NCBI RefSeq assembly: GCF_964355755.1
Contig: NC_092671.1
Span: 39,256,304-39,320,303 of the forward strand
Length of the DNA stretch: 64,000 nt
Source: Antedon mediterranea
Taxonomy: Eukaryota > Animalia > Echinodermata
Reading direction: 5' to 3'
In this document: one piece after another, positions 1-10,418 of the stretch
Layout of the letters: each line of letters opens with the position of its first letter
Numbering within the stretch: the first letter of the stretch is position 1
Program-made: the position numbers and the translations under genes
The notes under the pieces: model-generated
Seen by the model: only the letters and a program-made list of their open reading frames with translations
Database searches by the model: none
What the model was told of the DNA's origin: nothing

Positions 1-1387
1 TCCCTATATAAAATGTCCCCGGAAAATATATATACTGTATATACCTTCTCATTAACTCCGGCCCAAACTATTCCTCTGGTCAATAATTAAATGACACTCC
101 CATTCTGGAAAAACCCACTAAACAAGAAAAGCAATTCATCGCGGGTTTCGTCGAGTGACGTAATTAACAAAATATCAAGCAATTTACCACTCTATTGGTC
201 GCCCAGAGAGTTTATTCATCAGAAAGCCACAAAAGGTTTGATGGCCTGATTATTATGTAGAGTCAATTCAATAATCAATATTGCAGTGTCGGGTCGTATA
301 CTGTAAATTTAACCTGGGAAAACCAAATGGGTAAAAATGGATTTAATCTGTGAAAAATGATGTTAATCATGTCAAGAGCCACATGACTAATTCCTATATT
401 GGGCATACAAAAATAATTCATTTGTTCCTTTGTTTTATCTGGGATCAAAAAAATATACCGTTTTACCATTATCACCTATTATATAGGCAAACCACTTTGA
501 ACTCCCGGCGCTTGTATCTCCGAGTTTCCTTAATACCTGTACTTAATAATAACTGTGTTTTTACAATTACAATGTCACTGTTCATCTTACTGTAGTATTC
601 ATACAGTATATTGTATGGAATATATATACAGTATATATAATATTTTAAAATGTATATATTTTTTTATAATAGTTTTTTTTCTTTTAAAAAAAGCAAACAC
701 AATATACAAAATAATTTACTTTTATTAAAAAATAATTCATCCAAGACTACTGTAATTAAAAGCATAATGCAGTATATATAATTCAATACATAATTAGTAT
801 TTTATTAAAATGAGTTATTGCACAACCCCACCCTCTTTGATCATGTATGGAATGGTTTTAACTATTCTCACGTTAGCATTTAATTAAAGAATTAATTAAC
901 CTAAAAAATATATTTTCTCTTAATTTAAATTCAAATAAATAAATATTAATTTTGATATATTTTGTCTGGCTGTACTGAAGGAAGCAAGAATTTTAAGGAC
1001 GTCACCAGAAATCAGATCAATATGTGTCATCTAAAACTCTTATCATGAATGGTACAGTTATAATTCTTCTTCTAAGCTCTATCTACACTATCAAACTAGT
1101 TAGACAAAAAAATGTGATGTGCCCAAATATAGACATGATGATGATTATACTTTTGATGTAGTATAATCTGAATCTCAATTTCTAACCATCAAGTGTTAAA
1201 AATAAATAATTTTACAAATCCATGGTCAAAGATTATTAGCAACAATCGTCATGATTTATCAATCTTAATTGATTCACATAGAATTCTTTTTTCGTTGGTA
1301 TTTAGAGATAATTTGAGGCAGATTTTTACAAAGTGTCACATCACTCTCGTACGGTAAACTAACAAGCATTCAGTGCCCAAATATAAT

Positions 1388-1612
1388 TCATTTTTCGTGA
1401 TCGGTATTTAGAGATAATTTGAGGTGCATTTTTATTACAAAAGACGCATTTGAAACATATATGTGCTCATCTTTTGAGCAAACTATTTTGTTGTTTGATC
1501 CGATTCGTAAACATGGCAACGCAATTTTACCGATCAACCGTCCATCCTCAATGTTGACAACCAGCATGTTGTGTTCTTCCAATACAATTGTTCTGAATTG
1601 CTGACTGCTATA
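1388..1612 (-). pseudogene. Detached C-terminal NHL portion of the TRIM gene beyond the TAG at 1613-1615
   Basis: ORF 1388..1582 is in the same frame as 1613..3940, and that frame is open from 1612 to 1388 with beta-propeller-like sequence (LVVNIEDGRLIGKI..IVCSKDEHIYVSN). Confidence 0.65.
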
Positions 1613-3940
1613 CTAAGTGTTCGTAATTCCACTTCCAAATATTTTAACAAATTCAAAGTCAGAATTTAACATGTGAACACAATGACTTGCAGAATCACAA
1701 ATAAAGACATTGTCTTTGAAATCAACTGACATATTTGACGGCTTCATTATTTGATCTTGGGTAAGTGTCTTTTGAAGAGAACCATCCGAAAGAAATACTT
1801 TGATATTTGACGAAGTGCAAACAAGAATGTTTCCAGTTGAAGTCATAGCTATTGCTTCTGGTATGATATGTTCTTTCAAATCAACTGTATGTTCTTTTAG
1901 TATAGAAAGTGAATGTTGTGTGAAAAAGGTGAGTGATGGCTTCATGAAGTTAAGTGACCAAACACACCCTTTATGTTCAATTGAACTGACAGCAAATCTT
2001 GGAGTTCCTTGGATGGAGTACCCTATCGATAGTTGATTTGATGCAGGTAGACCTACATAGCAACAGAGACTTTTATTTTTTTTTGGTAACAATTCAGCAC
2101 GATATTTCAAAGGCCTACCTAGTTCGCGAATTCCGACAACAGAAGTGGTAAGAAACAAAATTTCGTTTGATGGAAGCACAGCCAGATCAATAATTTCAAA
2201 ACCTTTCTCAGCTTTCATGACCACATGTTTTACTAACACACATCTACTTTCTATAAGTATGTCATGATACATGACTCGTATTAAATGCTTACCTAAATGT
2301 TTTACATCAAATTTAAATTTCAATACACCTCCATGGTGCATTTCCGTTGGCTTAATAGACTCTTCTATGGGATCAATACAATCAACAACAATACCAAATT
2401 CCTCAGAAACCATTTGGTTATTTTCATCAAACAATGTAACACCTGTACAAAGCGCATTGTTCACATAGGTACATTGGACATCTAGTTTATATACCATGAT
2501 TAAAGGTGATGGAACAGACTCTCCCATAACTTTTACTACAACATCGTAGGTACCAACAACTGGAGGAACAAAACTTGCTTCATGCTCTCCTGGCTTCTTT
2601 GCAATTTGTTGTATCGGTATGTGCGGGATGTAACGGGATGTACTTTCAGTTTTGAAGCACACAGATGCCTCAAGTTCCATGTGTTTAGAATAATGAGAAC
2701 AAGGCTCGTTCTTCCTGTCTCGCAATCTAATGATGATGCGACATGGGTGTCCAACCAGTCCATTATTGCATATTACCTCAGTGTTAGCTGGGACAATGTT
2801 ATATGTTTGAATTGAGGTACTGTTAATAAAAGCAGAAAAATTATAAAAAATGGGAGGTGTAAATGTCAATAAGCTATATGCCAACTTCGGTCCCAGTTCT
2901 GTTTCTGCCATCGATTTAGATCGATCTAAAAGTTCTTGTAATGAGGTTCTACGAGTATGAAGTGCTTGTGACACCTCAAAAGGACACTTACGATCCAAAA
3001 TTGGCTGTATCGTTTCATAAATACTTCCGATGTGTGAAAGAAATATCTCTGCCTCTTCAGTTTCCCTTTTGTACTGATCAATTGAAGATAACTTGAAAGC
3101 TACTTCTGCTTTCAGCTTTGTCTTATGATGTGCTATAGTATCAATCAGTTTTGATTGAAGATTTGTACAAAATAAGTCAATATCATCAATGCATTCTTGA
3201 TAGTTTTTATCCAGCATGTCTGTTTTTCTGCTGGCTTGAGATGACTTCAAAATTGCCCTCTTCTGAATCGACACAATATCATCAACTAACTTATTAAGTT
3301 TTGTGTAATTTTCTTCATTTACAGAATCTACATCAACAACTTTATGATGTTGGTGATTGACAGCACACACACAGCGTATCACTGCTTCACAATCTTTACA
3401 GTATTTTTGTAATTTCTTAGTTTTGTGAACTTCACAATAATATGTTTTCTTTGCCTTTGCCTCGCTTAAATCGATAGAATTCAACGATTCTACAATGTGA
3501 TCCACAAAAGACCTCATTGTTGAATGGCATTCCTCACACTTCTTACAAATCTGGCGTCGGCAGTGATAACACATGGAGTATTCTTTACTCCATGGATAAC
3601 ACAAACTAGCAGTTTTGAGACCTTGTGGGCATTTTTCACACGTTGACTCACCATCTATTTTTTCCGGCACTTTCAAATAACTCATCAGTTCCTGGATAGT
3701 TAAGTTGTCCGGAAGGTTTGCTGCATCATCGTCTGTCAGGTCAAATACTTGACAGCACGTAGGACAGTGGCGTGGATTAACACTAGCAATACAACTCATA
3801 CAATATGTGTGAGTACAAGGTAATAATTTTGGTCTTCGTTCTTGCATTGTATATTGGTTCGTGCATACTTTACAGAACAAAAATTGTTCTTTCAGATCAT
3901 CCATTTCGGAATTACTAGGTGAAGTTCCACCAAAAGCCAT
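1613..3940 (-). CDS. TRIM-NHL/filamin-type RING E3 ubiquitin ligase (TRIM2/3/45/71-like), single coding exon, C-terminus apparently truncated
   Basis: 775-aa ORF with a C3HC4 RING (CKVC..LPCTHTYCMSC..CPTC), B-box1 (CEKC..CYHC..CKKC..H), B-box2 (CEVH..YCKDC..), coiled coil, filamin-like Ig repeat (LRDRKNEP..HEASFVPPVVGTYDVVVKV) and NHL repeats (PEAIAMTSTGNILV, PSNMSVDFKDNVFICDSASHCV). An acceptor-like ttttcttcgtag lies 15 nt upstream of the ATG. Confidence 0.85.
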   Translation of the reverse strand: MAFGGTSPSNSEMDDLKEQFLFCKVCTNQYTMQERRPKLLPCTHTYCMSCIASVNPRHCPTCCQVFDLTDDDAANLPDNLTIQELMSYLKVPEKIDGESTCEKCPQGLKTASLCYPWSKEYSMCYHCRRQICKKCEECHSTMRSFVDHIVESLNSIDLSEAKAKKTYYCEVHKTKKLQKYCKDCEAVIRCVCAVNHQHHKVVDVDSVNEENYTKLNKLVDDIVSIQKRAILKSSQASRKTDMLDKNYQECIDDIDLFCTNLQSKLIDTIAHHKTKLKAEVAFKLSSIDQYKRETEEAEIFLSHIGSIYETIQPILDRKCPFEVSQALHTRRTSLQELLDRSKSMAETELGPKLAYSLLTFTPPIFYNFSAFINSTSIQTYNIVPANTEVICNNGLVGHPCRIIIRLRDRKNEPCSHYSKHMELEASVCFKTESTSRYIPHIPIQQIAKKPGEHEASFVPPVVGTYDVVVKVMGESVPSPLIMVYKLDVQCTYVNNALCTGVTLFDENNQMVSEEFGIVVDCIDPIEESIKPTEMHHGGVLKFKFDVKHLGKHLIRVMYHDILIESRCVLVKHVVMKAEKGFEIIDLAVLPSNEILFLTTSVVGIRELGRPLKYRAELLPKKNKSLCCYVGLPASNQLSIGYSIQGTPRFAVSSIEHKGCVWSLNFMKPSLTFFTQHSLSILKEHTVDLKEHIIPEAIAMTSTGNILVCTSSNIKVFLSDGSLQKTLTQDQIMKPSNMSVDFKDNVFICDSASHCVHMLNSDFEFVKIFGSGITNT
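3565..3601. mobile_element. Transposon footprint: 23-bp hairpin with 7-bp target duplication inside the TRIM coding region
   Basis: gataaca-[catggagta ttctt tactccatg]-gataaca; net 30-bp in-frame insertion. Confidence 0.75.
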
Positions 3941-4106
3941 TGCACTGTTGTTTGTCTACGAAGAAAAATTATAAATGAGGTGAAACCGTACAATACAAGG
4001 AGAAATAAGGCGTTTTAACCGACCCGAGAGTGGCCATATGGGCCTACATTTAGATTGAAAGGGTCGTAATTACTATGTCTTGTAGGGCTCTTTATGATAA
4101 AATAAA

Positions 4107-4846
4107 CGCCGTGGCTAAAGATACGGTACCGTATTCTAACTTCTCTTTACTAAAGGTACGGTAAAATTGCATTACGTCATAACCAGCCAATGGGGTGCTG
4201 GTACGTGTGTGACGTCATCGTATAAGGACTTTGGATTTTTTTCATATCGCGAAAACAGTGATCAACCGCATTGTCTTTATGCTTCATTTATCGCTATTAT
4301 CGCCGTCGTGTGTGACAAAAACTAAATGTAGCCTACGTCTGTTATTATTATTGAAAAGCCAAAACATGTTGATTTTAATTTAGAATACAGAAAACCGTTT
4401 CAAAAGAGGCCTAGGCCTACTTACTACGTACTATAACCTCATTATATGAGTTTGTTTGTGTAGGGAAAGCGATGCCAGGCTGGGGCCAGCTGCATGTGTG
4501 CGCTGATTTACTGTGACTCAGCCCTGGGGCTACTGTCTAAAAATCATAGTATTTGAGGGCCCCTTTATTGTCCGCATTTGCTTTTTGTTTATGGTCAACA
4601 TTATAAACAAAGTTTAGTAAAAAATATAGGCCTAAAGGCCATTTGGAATAAAAATAAAACCCTCATCAGCGCACACACATCCAACGGAATTCTCAACAGA
4701 CGCGATATGAAAAAAAATCCAAAGTCCTTATACGATGACGTCACACACGTACCAGAACCCCATTGGCTGATTAAGACGTAATGCAATATTACCGTACCTT
4801 TAGTAAACAGAAGTTAGAATACGGTACCGTATCTTTAGCCACAGCG
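4107..4846. mobile_element. Non-autonomous Mutator/MULE-like DNA transposon (740 bp)
   Basis: About 145-bp near-perfect TIRs (4107-4251 and 4701-4846) and a 9-bp TSD taaaataaa (4098-4106 and 4847-4855); no transposase ORF. Confidence 0.8.
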
Positions 4847-6938
4847 TAAAATAAAATCAGTTGACTTTTCTTCGTCGCAACGTGTTACACACCACAGTTG
4901 ACGTTAAATTGATTCCTCTGGCAGCATGCCTTGTGGATCGCGCAATGATTTTGGAAAAAACCTAATATTAATAACTAGGTAGGTATATTCGGCAGGAATT
5001 TCATAAAATAAACAATTAAGATATTCAAATAACATTAAACATGATGTTAAAAGTGACATGCACACCATCCTACACATCACTGGGCGAATTAAGTACTAGT
5101 ATGATGGGATTGAACGGCCAATCTACCGTATTAGTAATTATTAGTTACTATATTTATCAGATTCAGGATGATGAAAAAAAGTGCAAAAATGATTTGTGTT
5201 GCCATACAGCAGCCTCTCTATTGGATGCCAGTCAGAAAATATGATGTTAGAGGAAATGACGATGCCAGGATCACCCACACGTACCAACCTAACAACCATC
5301 CATTCAGTGTCAGAGTGTGATGGTACATGATGGTATAAATGTTACTACAGTACTACTACTAGCTAGGCCTTTCTAGCGGCACAGTATGAAATTAACAATT
5401 CCATTGACCAAAACTTACTGATTGCAAATTAGAATTGCTCACTACTAACTGATCGTTTGTTGAAAATATAATAATACGATAACTACGATTATAAATATGC
5501 GCCACTCCTTTTTTGGAAATTCCCACCAATTAAAAAAAAAAATCTCTCTATGGAACGCCGTTGCTGCCTTCGATGTACAAACTAGTGCCAAGTGCATGCT
5601 AGAAATTCAATTTTAAAACTCCCTGTTTTAACAGCTGTAAAATAATTTTGCCGTAGGCCGTGAAGGCTAAAATGATTTAAAGATAAATCGAGAGTGTATT
5701 TTTTTGCGATACATGCACAATCAATATTAATACTGTACAAAATTAGCAAAATTCACATACATAAAGAAAACAAATTTAATATTATGTTAATATAAACAAG
5801 TTTAATTCAACTCATCACAATTCTAGGCTTTAACAGAACCAAATTGTTCTAATATGTCACATGAATATTTAAATTGACTATGTTTACATTTTTACAGCTG
5901 AAACACATTTTGAATTTTTTTATGGCTGACTTTCAATCTCAATTAGTCTTTCATTCACCTGAATGATGAATGAAATCAGGACTGTTTCAAGTACTTTGGT
6001 CCTATCATTGACCAAGTGAGATTTTCTCGTCCAGTGCCCAGCTTAATCCGGAGGAGAGGCATAAGCCACGTTTGAGGCAGATACTAGATGCAGGGGATGC
6101 CATCAGAGTCAGCAGTGCTGATTTCAAATGCCTAATTTGAATAAATTTTAATAATAGTCTAGTAATCATGTATAATATGCATAATAAACGCATTAAAATA
6201 TGAGTCTCCACCCACATAAAATAAGATGTTCTGTATGTAGGCACACCAAGTTACATGATTACCATATGTTGCAGGTGGATGTAATACCATCTGAGATACC
6301 TTTTCACACTTTCTAGTATAAAAAAACATGTCTTATATCAAGGCTATGTCATTTGATAGGCCTGGTCTACACTATCAAACTTTGTGTGTCAAAAAAATGA
6401 GATGACATGATGTCATATCACTACCATATTTAAGCATAGCACTACCATACTGTTTTAACTTGCATTATTTCCTATTATATTCCTGATACCTTAAACAATT
6501 CTATTTATAGCTCATTACTGTTAAGTGCTATAAAATTAAAAAACAATTGTTTTTTTACCCTTACATGTTATGCAATAATGATATTTACAAATAGTGCATA
6601 GTGCTTAGTATGCACTATTGAATTATTATACTATACTAAGTCCTTAATAATATCTATCCCTGATAAAAAAAAATATGCACTATTTAATTATTATACTAAG
6701 TCCTTAATAATATCCATCCCTGATAAAAAAAATAATAACAGCTATTTTAAATTATTGTGTATTGAAACATTTTTTATTACATAAACATCAATTGTACGTG
6801 GAATTATGGAATGGACGTTTAAAAGACAACAAAAGAATGGAAAGTTGTAATTAAATCATGGAATTTGATTTAGTAATATTTACATTGGAAATAAATATAT
6901 GTATCATGTGTATTTACACTATTGACAATTCAGTATAA

Positions 6939-7102
6939 AGCTCTGTCTACACTATCAAACTTTATGCGACAAAACATGTGATGTACCCATATTTTGACAT
7001 GATGTCATATCACTACTATATTTGGGCATATCACTACAATATTTGGGTAGATCACTACCATATTTGGGTAGATCACACTAGTTTGATAGTGTAGATGGAG
7101 CT
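6939..7102. mobile_element. MITE family A (PIF/Harbinger/Tourist-like), representative copy of about 25 in the window
   Basis: TIR agctctgtctacactatcaaac, flanked by TAA/TTA, with internal tcactaccatatttggg subrepeats. Other full or partial copies lie near 1075, 6361, 7695, 12060-12177, 14245, 16358, 20946, 25934, 37454, 38561, 38711, 39835, 40793, 41850, 50835, 52695, 55564, 59731, 61235, 62448 and 63638. Confidence 0.8.
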
Positions 7103-8833
7103 TTAGAGCTAATCTTGAATAAACTTTGAATGAATACTGTGCTCTTTCCTACATTGGAGTTAAATAAAGTAAATCTTGCAGTTCAGCATTCAAACGCAGA
7201 AATACTCATATTTATATAAATACTCTATCGCCCTCATAGACAGCGTTATATCGTAGTTAACGACATGGAGGTATAAGACTCTAGTGTGTGAACACAGCTC
7301 TTATTTATTAATTTATTTGGAAATTTGAATTGACCAAATAAAAATATTTCAATTTATTTTAGTTATTTGAACGAGCTTGATCTTTTTAAAGGTTATTTTA
7401 TTTGTTCATGAGCATTTGTGGGAAAAAAATTGAAAAATAAAACTTGGAAGACTAAATTTTGTCTAGAATAGAAAATCAGGAGAAACTTGGTGGCAAAGAA
7501 AACATCTTTATGCAATAGAAAATTTTGGTTTACTAGATGTTTGAAAATACTGTTCCCATCATTTCAATTTGAAATAAAAGTACAAAAAGAAAGAAATTGG
7601 GCCGACAGTACCTGAAACTGCCAAGTTGTAGTAGATTGGTTTAAGTATGATTTTATAACATTTACAGTAGTACCTAGGAAAAACACTTCCCTTAAGCTCT
7701 GTCTATCAAATTTTATGGGACAAACAATATGATGTGCCCATATATAGACATGATGATGTCATATAACTACCATATTTGGGAATATCACTACCATATTTGG
7801 GCATTCACTACCCTATAATTGGTCATTTTGAGTCATGGAGGTGTGTAATATATAGCAAACACTTGTATAACTAACAAATGTAACAACTCTCTCTTACAGT
7901 ATAGATATAACATTCACATATTTCCTTATATATTTATTAACTCATAAACTATAGATTCAAAAAATGAAATATAGTTTAATAGCAAGTATGCTGAATATAT
8001 TGTGTGTTTGACTGGGTTAATTTCAAACTATAAACCATTACACAGCGACAAAAACAATGGCCGATTAATGCCCTCTATGACGATTAAATGCATACAAAAA
8101 TAGCTGATGTAATTAATAGCAAGACAAGTGATGCAGTTTCAATCAAATGTTATCCTCTCAAGAGACAAAAACATTGATTAATATCTGAAGAAATAAACTG
8201 CAAGAAACAAAATAGTCTATTTACTTGATATTATTCTTATTTCTCTAGCTTCTCTAAATCTACTTGATATAGTCCAATGTAATGGATGAAGGATTGATAG
8301 CATACACTATTCACTAAAATAATTATCTTTAAAATAATACTAGTACATTTTATTTTTAGCTCATTTTAATTTGCAATTAAATAAATTTCAATAAATGTAT
8401 CTGAATTGTACACTGTAGAAATATTTACAGTATTCAACAATCACAAAATATAGAAACCTAAAAATGATTTTATTTCAGTTTATTCAATCAAAAAGCTCAC
8501 GAAGGTAAATTTAAAAATGTTTGTCAAACATAATTTGCTGCAAGAACCAAGCCGTTTAAAATTAATCGTGTTTATTAATGATTTAAAACATTATTTGACT
8601 ATGATGCTTATTAGCGTAGTGTAAGCAATACTCAGCTGAAGTTCTAGTTAATTGGCATGACGGACTGAAATGTAAATGAGCGTTCACATACCGTAAACAA
8701 GTTTGTGCTTAACGTTACCATCATCATGGAAGTTGCCCACACACTACAGGTCACAAAAAGTGTGTTAGTCTTTATTTCTCGCTTGTTTAAACAGGTTTTT
8801 TTTTTCTTACACAGTAGCATGTGACAAACTAAG

Positions 8834-9131
8834 GCCGTGTTCGGAAGTAAAATCTGTTTACATGTGTAACTGTGGAATACACTAAAGAGCTAAACCAGTG
8901 ATCGTTCAGACGATGACAAATTTCCACATGTAAACTAAAAAATTTACCCAGCAAGGTCATATTTCATCTCTTTTCACTAGCAAAGTCAAATCCTCTTTAT
9001 CTTGTGGTTGATGAGCTATCTGTAATTGAAAAATCCACCTCATGAGGTGGGTTTTTGAAACAGCTAGTTTATCTAGAAATTTACACCACACGCGACCATT
9101 ACATGTGTAAATTGTTACGTCCGAATGGGCT
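8834..9131. mobile_element. Degenerate MITE with a central 28-bp palindrome
   Basis: Imperfect TIRs (ggccgtgttcggaagtaa..tttacatgtgtaa and ttacatgtgtaaa..ttacgtccgaatgggctc) with a central aaaaatccacctca-tgaggtgggttttt near 9029-9056. Confidence 0.45.
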
Positions 9132-10223
9132 CTGAGTTGTCTTCAGATGGTTGGAACTTTATTTTTCTTTATATATCATATTTAGTTCAGTACAAACGTA
9201 ATCAAATTGCAAACTTCCCATTATTATTTCAATATAGTGGACATAAATATTACGGAACAGTAACCGCAATTATTATACGCTTGCTAAGCAGCAGCAATTT
9301 GATTTGTGTATTCATCAACATACATTTAAATCTATAAAAGTTTAAAATGTAAGGATGACAACTTGTATGACTGATGGCAAAGATAAATGAAACGTCCGAC
9401 ATTTGTGTCGTCACGACACATTTCCGACGTCTCGTCTCATTAGATACAGTCAAGCTGTGATAACGTCTGTGTTTTGAATGACATGATACAGACATCCTTA
9501 TATGTTTTGTAAGTGTTTCACCAAAAATGAATGATAATTACTGCTACCGGCATTTTTTCAGACTGTGACGAACAGTAGCATTAATATTTTATAAGGAAAA
9601 TCAGACATCCTTCCCCAGGCACTTAGAAAATTTTATCTGATAATGATCAATCAATGTTCGTCGTACATGTATTAAGATATTAACACATGTATAGTAACAA
9701 CCCAATATAAAAAATGAGCATTTCTGTGTTTTTGCTTTTTCTGCAGACTTTGATGCCTCGGGAAGATTTGCTTTTGTTTGAGTCGGTGAGCAAGAGAAGA
9801 CCTTTTTAAACGAATATTTTGCAGGTAGCGAAGGTTAACATGCTTGCTTTCCAATCTCAAGGTCTAGGATTTAATTGCGACTGTCTCTACTCCACTCCAT
9901 AAGAATTTTAAGCAATAATTTATTATGACATAATAGTATCAATTTATGAATATCTTCTTTTGTGCTTCACATCTAGTGTAAAAAGGATATTTTCCCATTT
10001 CACTTTGAATATAAATTCATCCAAACTTCTTCGTTAACACATCCTTGATGTCCATTTTTGCTATCTAGTAACCTTTCCACTGACGAACTAAAAACAAACC
10101 TCCGGATAAATTAAAAATCCATTCCGCATCAGGGACCAAGGTAGTTTAGCACGACATTATCACCAGAGTTGTACAATTCCAGCCGATTATATGCATTTTT
10201 GCCCGTTGGGTGTAGTAGATATT

Positions 10224-10418
10224 TCAACGAGTTATTGAAGTTTTTCGTCGCCTTCCCAACTCCGCCCACTTATTCCTATTAGAAATGACTCCATCCAGCA
10301 TTGGCTGGAACTTCGAACTGACGTTGCATAGTGCTTGATAAAGAGGGAAGCAGACACCATCAATGAACCCCATCTGCATCTCTGGCAACTGGTCTTTTTG
10401 CCGACGGTCAAACATTGT
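10224..10418 (-). CDS. PDE11A: PDE11A exon 16 (last coding exon), 195 nt including the stop
   Basis: ttaccag/[48 protein letters not shown]. Confidence 0.92.
   Translation of the reverse strand, partial: TMFDRRQKDQLPEMQMGFIDGVCFPLYQALCNVSSKFQPMLDGVISNRNKWAELGRRRKTSITR

Noticed and set aside
1800-2815. Short ORFs overlapping the TRIM gene, and similar ones overlapping the LINE and PDE exon 1
   Set aside because: They are shadow or alternative-frame ORFs of real coding sequence with no motifs.
6617-6733. Short local tandem duplications (also 14003-14060, 18909-18957, 26228-26595, 37247-37383 and 38273-38500)
   Set aside because: They are ordinary slippage duplications in AT-rich DNA with no further structure.
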